DNA of 40,367 nucleotides from a virus: IMG/VR virus record IMGVR_UViG_3300045988_046182, positions 1 to 40,367 of that record; one strand, 5' to 3'. Shown piece by piece: positions 32,476 to 40,367 of this stretch (position 1 is its first letter; each line of letters starts with the position of its first letter). The notes under the pieces were generated by a model. It saw only the letters and a program-made list of their open reading frames with translations, ran no database searches and was not told where the DNA came from. The position numbers and the translations under genes were made by a program.

Positions 32476-34329
32476 TTAATTACAATTATTGCAACGATAT
32501 AACTCCCAGAATTCATTAATCGGCTTTTTATGGATAATTTCTTTCTCTCTTTTTTGTATCGATGGTGTTTCAGTTTCTTGAGAAGGTTTTTGGACTGTAG
32601 CTTTTTGCATAAAATTATTTTCTTTATTTTCATGCTCAAACCCTTTTCTTTTCCCTTCTAATTTATATTTAAATTTCATTTCTCTATCAGATTCAACTAT
32701 AAAATAATCTTTCTCTCTAATTTCAATTTTATAATCTCCCCAACTTAATTTATCTATATAAACATTGTAAGATAGTGTTGTGTTAATACACTCTTGAATT
32801 ATTTCATCTATTTCAATTCTACAAATATATTTCCCTTCAACTAACTCTGTTGTATAAATATTATCTGTGTCTGTTTCAGTTAATAAAGAGTTTATATCCT
32901 CATTTGCATAGAACGGAACATCTCCAAACTTAGTTTGTTGAATACAGTTTTTATTTCCTATAACAGATAAATCACCGCCTATTATAACTTTGTTATAAAA
33001 ATTAGCCACATCCCTATCTAATGTAAGTAAATGATTACCACTACCATCGTTTGACCAAAATCCAAAATTATTGGTATATAAAGCTACTGAACCTCTGTTC
33101 CTACTATCTAAATAACCAAACATTCTACTTTCTTGATTCTTTTTATCGAAATACATATTTAATCCATTCATGTTAAATTCTTCATAAACCGTTATAGGTG
33201 TCGGTTCTGTAAGTCCTTCTTTATCAAAACGCATATAATTATAATAATTAGAACCGTCACCTCTATAAGCAATTTGCGCATATGCCCCTTTTTCGTTTGT
33301 CAATCCAATGACATCATCACCAGTAACAACATTTCTCAACGCTTGTAATGAACCGTTTATTTGATTTTCTCTTAAAAAAGAATATACATGCACACCATTG
33401 TTATTTAATCTTACCGATAATTTTCCATTATTTAATTGAGAAAATCCGTTTTCATCTAAAATCGTACTCGCAACACTTATAGCTCCACCTTCTGTAAGAC
33501 CTTTGTTTACACTATTTATAATTGAATCAGGTGTTAATTGTTGAAAAACTTTAGAATATGAAGCGGTTTTACTTACATAACTAGAAGGTTGTTTGCCTTT
33601 GGTCAACATTATTTCAGTCCAACCACAATAATTTGTAGCTTCATAGTAATAAAATTCTAAAAATGCACTTTTAGCATTAGGTGGCGTAATAAATGTGAAA
33701 TGTTTAGGCACAAATAAATCGCTTTCTGAACTCCAATTCCCTAAGTTTATTTCTTCGTCAAAAGTTCCTTCTTTTTCAAAGTCATTACCTTCTTTTATAG
33801 AGTTGGAGAATTTAACTTTTATTCCTAATTTTGTAGATGTTCCTGTAAAGAATAATCCTGATAAAGTATACTCGGTTGATGGTAAAATAGAGAATCTATT
33901 ACTCCAACTAGAATTACCATTAATTGATGTTGGTGTAACATTTATATAATTTATATTTCTTTTACCTAAATAAGTATAATTAGTTGTTATCGATATATTT
34001 GTCCCTCCAACATTCCAACCAAATATATTTTCACTTTCAAAAGCACCGTTTACTATTGGATTCCCTTCCACTTTTCTTTCCGATTCCAAAGTTATTTTAT
34101 CATCTAATATTTCTATTTTTGAAATCGTATTTTCCTCTACATTGTTAACACCTTGCCATAGTTTAGAAACTTCTAAACCGATTTTGTCGTTTTGAAGATT
34201 GAATTTAGAATTCAATTCTTCATAGACAACCAAATCTTTATTATTAGTTATAACCGCAACCGCATTTTGTTTTTCTTTTTGCAGCTCGGTTAGTTTTTGT
34301 TTGTAATTATCAAATAAACTTGTCGCCAT
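32476..34329 (-). CDS. Tail fibre / receptor-binding protein (617 aa)
   Basis: Position after Tal; Asn/Gly/Ser-rich beta-type composition; N-terminal coiled coil. Confidence 0.5.
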   Translation of the reverse strand: MATSLFDNYKQKLTELQKEKQNAVAVITNNKDLVVYEELNSKFNLQNDKIGLEVSKLWQGVNNVEENTISKIEILDDKITLESERKVEGNPIVNGAFESENIFGWNVGGTNISITTNYTYLGKRNINYINVTPTSINGNSSWSNRFSILPSTEYTLSGLFFTGTSTKLGIKVKFSNSIKEGNDFEKEGTFDEEINLGNWSSESDLFVPKHFTFITPPNAKSAFLEFYYYEATNYCGWTEIMLTKGKQPSSYVSKTASYSKVFQQLTPDSIINSVNKGLTEGGAISVASTILDENGFSQLNNGKLSVRLNNNGVHVYSFLRENQINGSLQALRNVVTGDDVIGLTNEKGAYAQIAYRGDGSNYYNYMRFDKEGLTEPTPITVYEEFNMNGLNMYFDKKNQESRMFGYLDSRNRGSVALYTNNFGFWSNDGSGNHLLTLDRDVANFYNKVIIGGDLSVIGNKNCIQQTKFGDVPFYANEDINSLLTETDTDNIYTTELVEGKYICRIEIDEIIQECINTTLSYNVYIDKLSWGDYKIEIREKDYFIVESDREMKFKYKLEGKRKGFEHENKENNFMQKATVQKPSQETETPSIQKREKEIIHKKPINEFWELYRCNNCN

Positions 34330-37152
34330 TTAAATTTCCTCTCCTTCCGGATTTGTACACAATCCATCACTATTGAAATTATATCTTCTATTGTTTATTA
34401 TTAATTTTTCATTTAAAGCGAACTCGCCATTGTATTTAAAATAATACCAATCCCCATTATCTCTTTGATACCACTCGTTTATAAATTTATGCGCTATACC
34501 ACTTGTTGATATATTCCCGTTATTTTTATCAATTTCAAAACTTATAAAATTTGGATTGTCATTAGGTAAATAAACTTTTGAACCAACGAACATACAGCGC
34601 ATTGTATTGAGTTTCACTTGATTTCCAGGCGGATATCCTATTGTCGCCACTGAGATGTTAGGTCTTAAATGTCCTAACCAAGTTTCTCCATTACTCGAAG
34701 TGTTCCCGTGATGCCCCATTTTTAAAATATCTATTTTCCCAACATTTTGACCACCGACAAATTCCTCTGAAACATAAGACATATCACCTTGTATAAAATA
34801 TCTTATCGCATTATCAGGATCATAATAATATCTAAACATAAAACCAAGCGAGATATTATTATAATTAGTATAATTTGTGTTTTGACTATTATAAACTAAA
34901 ATATCGCTTTTGTTAGTTAATTGAATCTTTCTATCTGAATCTAATTCGATTATTTCTGCCCCTATATCTCTAGCGGTTTGTATCATTAATTCGTGCAACT
35001 CTTTAGTTTTCCATTGCTCTATTTCTATAGTAGGCATTAAATCCCAATTTGGGGTTTTACAGTATAATTGTTTACAACCGAATTTCTCAATTAAATATGG
35101 TATTCCTTCAATATGATCACTGTGAGAATGCGTTATAAAAACTTTGTCAATTTTATTTATATTGTTTCTTATTAAATAATCCTCAACAAGTTTTGCACTC
35201 TTTTTTTCGCCTCCATCTATGAGATAAATCTCTCCATTGTGATTTTGTATAAGAGATAAATCTGGATAAGCCGGCGCAACTTTAGGTTGAAAGTGCGGAA
35301 AATGTATTCTTATATTTTTATCTAAAGTTACATCAGGAATTGTTGGTTTTTCTAAAGGTTCTAACCCTATTAATTGCCTTATACTGTTTATCAAATCATA
35401 AAACGCATTTATATATTCTTTTTTAGCATTGTTTAAATTTACTTTTTCGATAGTATCATTTAAATTTTCAGAATTTAAAATCTTATCTATTTCGCCTAAA
35501 ACACTTTCTTTTTCTTTTTCTAAATCTTTTAATTGCTCCTCAAGTATTTTCTTTTCAGTTTCATCTATAATACCGTCTTTGTAAGCCCCTTCTAAGTATT
35601 CTTTTAATTTGTCTATTTCAGAGGTTAATGAATCGCTTGTTGTTATATCTTTAGAATTAATTTTTAATTCTTTAACATTTAAATAAACATCACCGCCACC
35701 AGTAACTCGCATTGTAATTTCACCTTGTTCATTTGTTACAGTTAGGTTTTTAGCATCTATATATTGTCCTGCTAATAGTCCTGTTGTTATTAATGAAGCG
35801 TTTATTTTTCCATCTATAGTAAAACCATATTCATATTTACCATAATAGCCAGTTGTAGAAAAACCTAAGCCATTTTTATTATAACGGGTAACATTAACCG
35901 CTTTATTTATATCTTTATTATCCATTATAAGTAGTTCATTCGGTTTTAAAACAACATAAGAATCTTTTAACCCTGCGTTTATCATGCTATTTATATAGTC
36001 GCTTAAATTTGCATTAGGCTTAGTTTGTAATTCCTTTTCTAATTCCGCGATTATATCATTGATTGAAATAGGTCTACTTTCTTTTTTAACGTTAGACAAT
36101 TCTGTATTTAATCTCTTTTTCATAGTTACAGAATAAACCCTCTTGATACATCTTGCTTTTATTTTAGTTCCGTAAGTATCTTCTATAACCTCTACTGTAT
36201 CACCTATCTCAACAGATTCGGTTTGACTATAATCTTTATATTGTTCTGTTTTAGATAATTCTATGAAATTTATGTTATAAGTTGCTTGTAATTTATCTAT
36301 ATTGAATAAAGTAAATTGAGTTCTAGCTCTTTCTTGTAAAGCTTGTTGAGCTTGTTCTAAAGTGTCAAAACCTTCGTCGGGATTATTTTCATTTTTAACC
36401 TTTATATCTGAAAATTCCATTACTTTGGTATAAACACTACTATAATTATTAATTAATTCACTTTCTACAATAGGACCTTCTATCCCATCAAACCCACGCG
36501 GAACTATCCTAGTGCAAAGGTCATCAACATTTGATTTGATCTCAAAACCTGTTAAATTCTTTCTTGATTTAATCTGAATACCTTTATCTTGCCCCACTCT
36601 AGTATTAATTTTGCAGTTGTATTGCCTTCTGTAGACTTCTCCGCCCCATCTGACTATAAAAGCATTGTCAGCACTAAACAAAGCGTTATAAAGGCTCATA
36701 TTTTGATAATAAGCGGTACTCGTGTCAGATATATCAGAAGTTAAGAAAAACTCCTTGTTACGTCCTGTAGCATCATTCAAAAGCTTACTTAAAGTTGCTT
36801 GACCATTCATATTTTCAGGTCTACAATCTTTCAAGAATAAAGTTAACTGGTCGGCTATTGTGATTTGCCTTGCGAATATAGTGATTGTTCTTTTATCTTT
36901 TCTTATATTGCTTATTCTAAAGAACTCATCTCCGTATTCATCATCTAGCGTGATAATAGCTTCTTCTATTAAGTTATCATAAATGTATTTTAAACTTTCA
37001 TCTTTTTTAACTGCTAGGACTATTTCAGCATAAAAGTCATCTTCTGTTTGTGTTATAGTCGCATTTATAAGAATTTCATCTAAAAAAGCAATTCCGTTAG
37101 TAGAAATAACTTCTGCTCTTGTCGCAGTTCTTGAATGCAATTTTGTTCCCAT
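34330..37152 (-). CDS. Tail-associated lysin / tail tip protein (Tal, 940 aa): prophage-tail N-domain, coiled coil, MBL-fold (ComEC/Pce-like) hydrolase domain, two C-terminal cell-wall-binding repeats
   Basis: LIDGGEK, THSHSDHIEG (HxHxDH) and LKMGHHGNTSSN motifs at about 34700-35300. C-terminal GDWYYFKYNGEFALN / RRYNFNSDG CW_binding-type repeats. Confidence 0.6.
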   Translation of the reverse strand: MGTKLHSRTATRAEVISTNGIAFLDEILINATITQTEDDFYAEIVLAVKKDESLKYIYDNLIEEAIITLDDEYGDEFFRISNIRKDKRTITIFARQITIADQLTLFLKDCRPENMNGQATLSKLLNDATGRNKEFFLTSDISDTSTAYYQNMSLYNALFSADNAFIVRWGGEVYRRQYNCKINTRVGQDKGIQIKSRKNLTGFEIKSNVDDLCTRIVPRGFDGIEGPIVESELINNYSSVYTKVMEFSDIKVKNENNPDEGFDTLEQAQQALQERARTQFTLFNIDKLQATYNINFIELSKTEQYKDYSQTESVEIGDTVEVIEDTYGTKIKARCIKRVYSVTMKKRLNTELSNVKKESRPISINDIIAELEKELQTKPNANLSDYINSMINAGLKDSYVVLKPNELLIMDNKDINKAVNVTRYNKNGLGFSTTGYYGKYEYGFTIDGKINASLITTGLLAGQYIDAKNLTVTNEQGEITMRVTGGGDVYLNVKELKINSKDITTSDSLTSEIDKLKEYLEGAYKDGIIDETEKKILEEQLKDLEKEKESVLGEIDKILNSENLNDTIEKVNLNNAKKEYINAFYDLINSIRQLIGLEPLEKPTIPDVTLDKNIRIHFPHFQPKVAPAYPDLSLIQNHNGEIYLIDGGEKKSAKLVEDYLIRNNINKIDKVFITHSHSDHIEGIPYLIEKFGCKQLYCKTPNWDLMPTIEIEQWKTKELHELMIQTARDIGAEIIELDSDRKIQLTNKSDILVYNSQNTNYTNYNNISLGFMFRYYYDPDNAIRYFIQGDMSYVSEEFVGGQNVGKIDILKMGHHGNTSSNGETWLGHLRPNISVATIGYPPGNQVKLNTMRCMFVGSKVYLPNDNPNFISFEIDKNNGNISTSGIAHKFINEWYQRDNGDWYYFKYNGEFALNEKLIINNRRYNFNSDGLCTNPEGEEI

Positions 37153-37154
37153 AA

Positions 37155-37850
37155 TTACCCCCTATATCTATTTCTAGTATTTATTTTAAGAGTAGTAAAA
37201 CCACTACCACTAAGAGTATTTTTACCTCTTTTTATAATAGGCAAATCTCCAGTACTCGTTATCACTTGCATATTTTCTTTATTAAAAACATTTCTCATAC
37301 TATCTATGATCACATTTCCAGTATGTGTAAAACTTAAAGTTTCATCATTTATAGTAATTTGTGTTGCACCTTGTGAGTTTAATTCTATAATTGGTAAAGT
37401 ATCAATATCAGAATCACATATCAAAGGAGTATTAATGTTCCATTCTTGAACTATATCGCTTGTATCAAAGTAGAAAGGTTCACATAGAAAAGTAATTTCA
37501 AACTCTATGGCAACATTCCCATTTCTACTATAATTGCCTATGCTTACCTTTTTAACTTTAGAGCAAATACTATCATTATCAGAAAGTATCAATCTATTAT
37601 CTTCAATATTAGATAGCCAGTTTTCAATTAATCTTCTTTTAACCTCCCACCCTTCTCTCTTAACTCTAACTGGTATAGTGTGTTTTAAATCTTTATAACT
37701 CCCAGTTTTAACTATAAGAGTTCCGAATGGATTTCCTTCAACTTCTTGTTCTTCTTCTATTTCCTCAACTCTCCCCATTTCTAAATTATTCATTGTTAAG
37801 AGTTCAAAATCATCATAACTTGCTTTATTATTAAAATAAAATTGTATCAT
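37155..37850 (-). CDS. Distal tail protein (Dit)
   Basis: 231 aa immediately upstream of Tal and downstream of the tape measure gene; siphovirus synteny. Confidence 0.55.
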   Translation of the reverse strand: MIQFYFNNKASYDDFELLTMNNLEMGRVEEIEEEQEVEGNPFGTLIVKTGSYKDLKHTIPVRVKREGWEVKRRLIENWLSNIEDNRLILSDNDSICSKVKKVSIGNYSRNGNVAIEFEITFLCEPFYFDTSDIVQEWNINTPLICDSDIDTLPIIELNSQGATQITINDETLSFTHTGNVIIDSMRNVFNKENMQVITSTGDLPIIKRGKNTLSGSGFTTLKINTRNRYRG

Positions 37851-37867
37851 ATTATCACCTCTTTTAT

Positions 37868-37876
37868 ATTATAACA
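37868..37876 (-). promoter_or_regulatory. Extended -10 promoter TGtTATAAT upstream of Dit
   Basis: Minus strand ctatgttataatataaaagaggtgataatATG. Confidence 0.35.
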
Positions 37877-37878
37877 TA

Positions 37879-37903
37879 GAAAAAAGCACCCTTTCGAGTG
37901 CTT
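37879..37903 (-). terminator. Intrinsic terminator closing the moron
   Basis: AAGCACtcgaaaggGTGCTT then TTTTTT on the minus strand. Confidence 0.55.
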
Positions 37904-37907
37904 GATT

Positions 37908-38381
37908 TTATTTATACCATTCTTCTTTTGCATTTACAAACGGATGCAACCTTATTTCTTTATAAAGTAGATAAACGTTTGTTTTTTCATTAAACGTAAA
38001 TTCATCATTAAAAGTTATACCAAAATTGTTATTGTAATCATTTTCCACAAATTCTCCCCAATAAGCATTTCTCCATTCTTCATTTTTAAAATCTCTAACT
38101 TGTACCCTAGTCCATTTAGGAACTTTATTCCAATCTATTTCTCTTTTTCTTTCCCAAATTAATTCTAAATTATCATCAATAAAGATTGACGATAAACCAC
38201 AACATTTTTCTTTAACAATAAATATTTTATTTATTTTATCACCTTTATAAGCTAAATCTTCGCTTAAAATTGATAACCTATCAAAACCTATTTCATATCT
38301 AATAGAATCATTAATTATAACACCTTTTTCTCTAGAATCCCACTCAATCACCATTCCATCTTTTAAATCTGATTTTCTCAT
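37908..38381 (-). CDS. Moron-encoded hypothetical cytoplasmic protein (157 aa), Trp/Glu/Lys-rich
   Basis: Own consensus promoter (38416-38443) and own terminator; sits between the tape measure and Dit genes. Confidence 0.5.
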   Translation of the reverse strand: MRKSDLKDGMVIEWDSREKGVIINDSIRYEIGFDRLSILSEDLAYKGDKINKIFIVKEKCCGLSSIFIDDNLELIWERKREIDWNKVPKWTRVQVRDFKNEEWRNAYWGEFVENDYNNNFGITFNDEFTFNEKTNVYLLYKEIRLHPFVNAKEEWYK

Positions 38382-38415
38382 AAAATCAACCTCCTAAATA
38401 TATTTTACAATTATT

Positions 38416-38443
38416 ATTATACATTATTTAATTATCTTGTCAA
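38416..38443 (-). promoter_or_regulatory. Promoter cassette copy (TTGACA-16-TATAAT)
   Basis: Minus strand ttgacaagataattaaataatgtataat. Confidence 0.55.
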
Positions 38444-38452
38444 TAGCTTTTT

Positions 38453-38481
38453 ATAAAAAAAAGAGAGGAATTTCCCTCTCT
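38453..38481 (-). terminator. Intrinsic terminator after the tape measure gene
   Basis: AGAGAGGgaaattCCTCTCT then T8 on the minus strand; near-identical to the hairpin at 9810-9828. Confidence 0.6.
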
Positions 38482-40367
38482 TATCTAAACGCTAAAGAAG
38501 TCATGCGAGAATACTCGTCTAACTCACTTTGATGTGGTGCTAAAGTTCTCATCATTTCTTTACCATCAATATAAAATTCTACTGGTCTGTTTGCTAAGCT
38601 TTTAATCCAGTTTTCTAATTTGTCTAACGGTATAACCGCTTCCGCTTGATTTCCTCTACCTTTGTAACTATCTCCTGCAACATATCCTCCCATAAATGTT
38701 GGTTGTGTTACTATACCACCATTATATAAGTATGGTACTTTAGGAAGATTTACTCCGAAGTGTTTACCTCCAACGACAGGGACAAAGTCTGGTATTGTTA
38801 CACTTATTTTATTTAATCCGCTTATAGCACTATTAACAAGTCCTATAACTGCATTTAAAGGAGCTTTTATTACTGCACCTAATCCGTTCATTATTCCTCC
38901 GAATATATTTACAACTCCTTGCCAAGCCCTTGACCAGTTAGCGGTAAATACACCTTTTACAAATTCTATAATCCCATTAAAAATTTGTTTTACAGAATTA
39001 AATATATTTTTAACATTCGCTAGATGTGAATTTAATATATCTCCTATAAATCCAAAAGCATTAGACCAATCAACTGTAAAAGCGTTTTTAATCCAATTTA
39101 TAACAGTTGAAAAAGCTTCTTTAACCGCTTCCCAAGTTCCAACAACCACATTTCTAAATGTTTCAGAGGTATTCCATGCATATACAAAAGCACCTACTAA
39201 AGCACCAAGAAGCCCTATAACTATCCCTATTGGGTTTGCCATAAAAACCGCATTTAATATTGCCATAGCACCACTAAAACTCTTTACCATAGTTAAGGCA
39301 GTAAATAAAGGTTTTACAAATGCAATTATACCACTTACAATAGCATAGCCCTTTATAGCCGCTAAATAACCTACTATAACACTTAAAGCTAATCCTATGT
39401 TATCTAATATCCCATCTAAGTTTCCGCTTTGTAAAGCTTGTACAAGCCAACTAATACCATCTGTAACAAATTTAACTGCATTAGTTAGTGGTTCTGAAAA
39501 CTTTTCGTAAGCCGCTATCCCTAAACCTTCTAAAGCTGATTTAAAGTTGTCCATAGCCCCTTTTAAGTTTCCACTCATAGTTTTAGCCATTTCCTCGGCT
39601 GAACCTTGAGAGTTCGCTATGTGTTTGCTTAATTCATCAAATCTCTCTCCACTATTGGCAAGCAAAGCGTTAGCACTCTTTAAATCAACTTTGTTAAATA
39701 ATTCGCTTAGAACTTTAGTTCTTTCTTGTTCTGTCATAGTCCCAAGTATTTTATTTAAATCTTTAAATATTTCATTTGTACCCCTCATATTACCGCTTGC
39801 GTCATAAACTTCTAAACCTAATTTTTTCATAAGTTTAGCCGCTTTATCAGTCGGAGAACCTAAAGAAAGTATAATATTTCTTAATGCAGTTCCTCCCTCT
39901 GCGCCTTTTATACCATTGTCAGCTAAGATTCCAAGTTGTGTATTTAATTCTACTGTTCCACCTTTAAGAGATTTCGCAGTTCCTCCAACCGTTAGGATAG
40001 CTTCCCCTAATTGTGCTACATTTGTATTTGCTTTCTGTGAGGTTTTAGCCATTTGGTCGGTGAATCCTTCAAGTTGGTCTGTTTCCATTCCTAAAGCTGA
40101 CATAGAATCCGTAACTAAGTCAGAAGCATAGGCAAGGTCAATTCCTCCCGCCGCTGCCAAGTTAAGAACTTTAGGTAATGCACTTATAGCTTTGTCTGTA
40201 TCATATCCTGCAAGTGCCAAGTAGTTCAACGCTTCAGCTGATTGTGAAGCACTATACTTAGTTGTAGCTCCCATTTGTTTGGCGGCATCCGAAAGTTTTT
40301 TGAAGTTAGAATCGGAAGCATCTCCAACTATACCCATTGTTGCAGCTACTTGATCCATACTTGCTTC
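38481..40367 (-). CDS. Tail tape measure protein, C-terminal about 630 aa (the start lies across the junction at 247)
   Basis: Long Ala/Gly/Leu-rich helical protein with hydrophobic segments (GIVIGLLGALVGAFVYAW). The frame is open to the window end; it precedes the Dit/Tal genes. Confidence 0.75.
   Translation of the reverse strand, partial: EASMDQVAATMGIVGDASDSNFKKLSDAAKQMGATTKYSASQSAEALNYLALAGYDTDKAISALPKVLNLAAAGGIDLAYASDLVTDSMSALGMETDQLEGFTDQMAKTSQKANTNVAQLGEAILTVGGTAKSLKGGTVELNTQLGILADNGIKGAEGGTALRNIILSLGSPTDKAAKLMKKLGLEVYDASGNMRGTNEIFKDLNKILGTMTEQERTKVLSELFNKVDLKSANALLANSGERFDELSKHIANSQGSAEEMAKTMSGNLKGAMDNFKSALEGLGIAAYEKFSEPLTNAVKFVTDGISWLVQALQSGNLDGILDNIGLALSVIVGYLAAIKGYAIVSGIIAFVKPLFTALTMVKSFSGAMAILNAVFMANPIGIVIGLLGALVGAFVYAWNTSETFRNVVVGTWEAVKEAFSTVINWIKNAFTVDWSNAFGFIGDILNSHLANVKNIFNSVKQIFNGIIEFVKGVFTANWSRAWQGVVNIFGGIMNGLGAVIKAPLNAVIGLVNSAISGLNKISVTIPDFVPVVGGKHFGVNLPKVPYLYNGGIVTQPTFMGGYVAGDSYKGRGNQAEAVIPLDKLENWIKSLANRPVEFYIDGKEMMRTLAPHQSELDEYSRMTSLAFR
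40313..40367. repeat. Terminal duplicate of 1-55
   Basis: Exact 55/55 match. Confidence 0.9.

Noticed and set aside
32112-32639. Minus-strand small ORFs 32112..32309 and 32457..32639 inside or overlapping the endolysin and fibre genes.
   Set aside because: They are out of frame within larger genes with better coding signal. No independent RBS or promoter.

Overview
This very AT-rich 40.3-kb window (roughly 70% A+T by eye) is a complete, circularly closed siphovirus-type phage or prophage-like genome of a low-GC Firmicute. Codon usage, CW_binding-type repeats and the XhlA/holin/amidase lysis cassette point to a Clostridium-like host.

Bases 1-55 are an exact copy of 40313-40367, so the unit length is 40,312 bp. 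The tape measure gene crosses the junction: it starts at 247 on the minus strand and continues at 40312 down to 38481. Almost all genes are on the minus strand.

Gene order along the minus strand, from high to low coordinates:
- Structural and lysis: tape measure, a promoter/terminator-bounded moron, Dit, a 940-aa Tal, a fibre/RBP, amidase_3+SPOR endolysin, holin, XhlA, and a sigma-70 region-4-only regulator.
- Early region: a run of small early genes, a Rha/KilAC antirepressor, a cargo cluster of low-complexity proteins, iteron array B, Gp157, an ERF-type annealing protein, an ERCC4 nuclease, ThyX, SSB, a DenV-like glycosylase, a prim-pol-like replication protein and MazG.
- Packaging and head: TerS, TerL, DUF3310, portal, MuF-like head protein, HNH endonuclease.
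- Insertion-like segment (7.2-10.2 kb): structured noncoding DNA, two small-RNA units, a convergent small-peptide pair, a VirE-type primase/helicase and iteron array A.
- Remaining structural genes: scaffold, major capsid, an 815-aa coiled-coil fibre-like protein, XkdX, head-tail joining genes, major tail, and G/GT chaperones with an AAATTTT -1 slippery site.

I found no integrase or other recombinase, no ParA/ParB, no tRNA and no CRISPR.

The unexplained signals are:
- two paralogous ~330-bp iteron arrays, with a 15-bp segment inverted between the copies;
- a ~40-bp consensus sigma-A promoter cassette reiterated 11-13 times;
- two promoter-to-terminator mini-units that read as small RNAs with anti-SD motifs;
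- a type I TA-like convergent peptide pair;
- a Pce/ComEC-like MBL-fold domain plus cell-wall-binding repeats on the tail tip protein;
- a seven-gene cargo cluster of Q/N-, Met-, Gly- and Cys-rich proteins.
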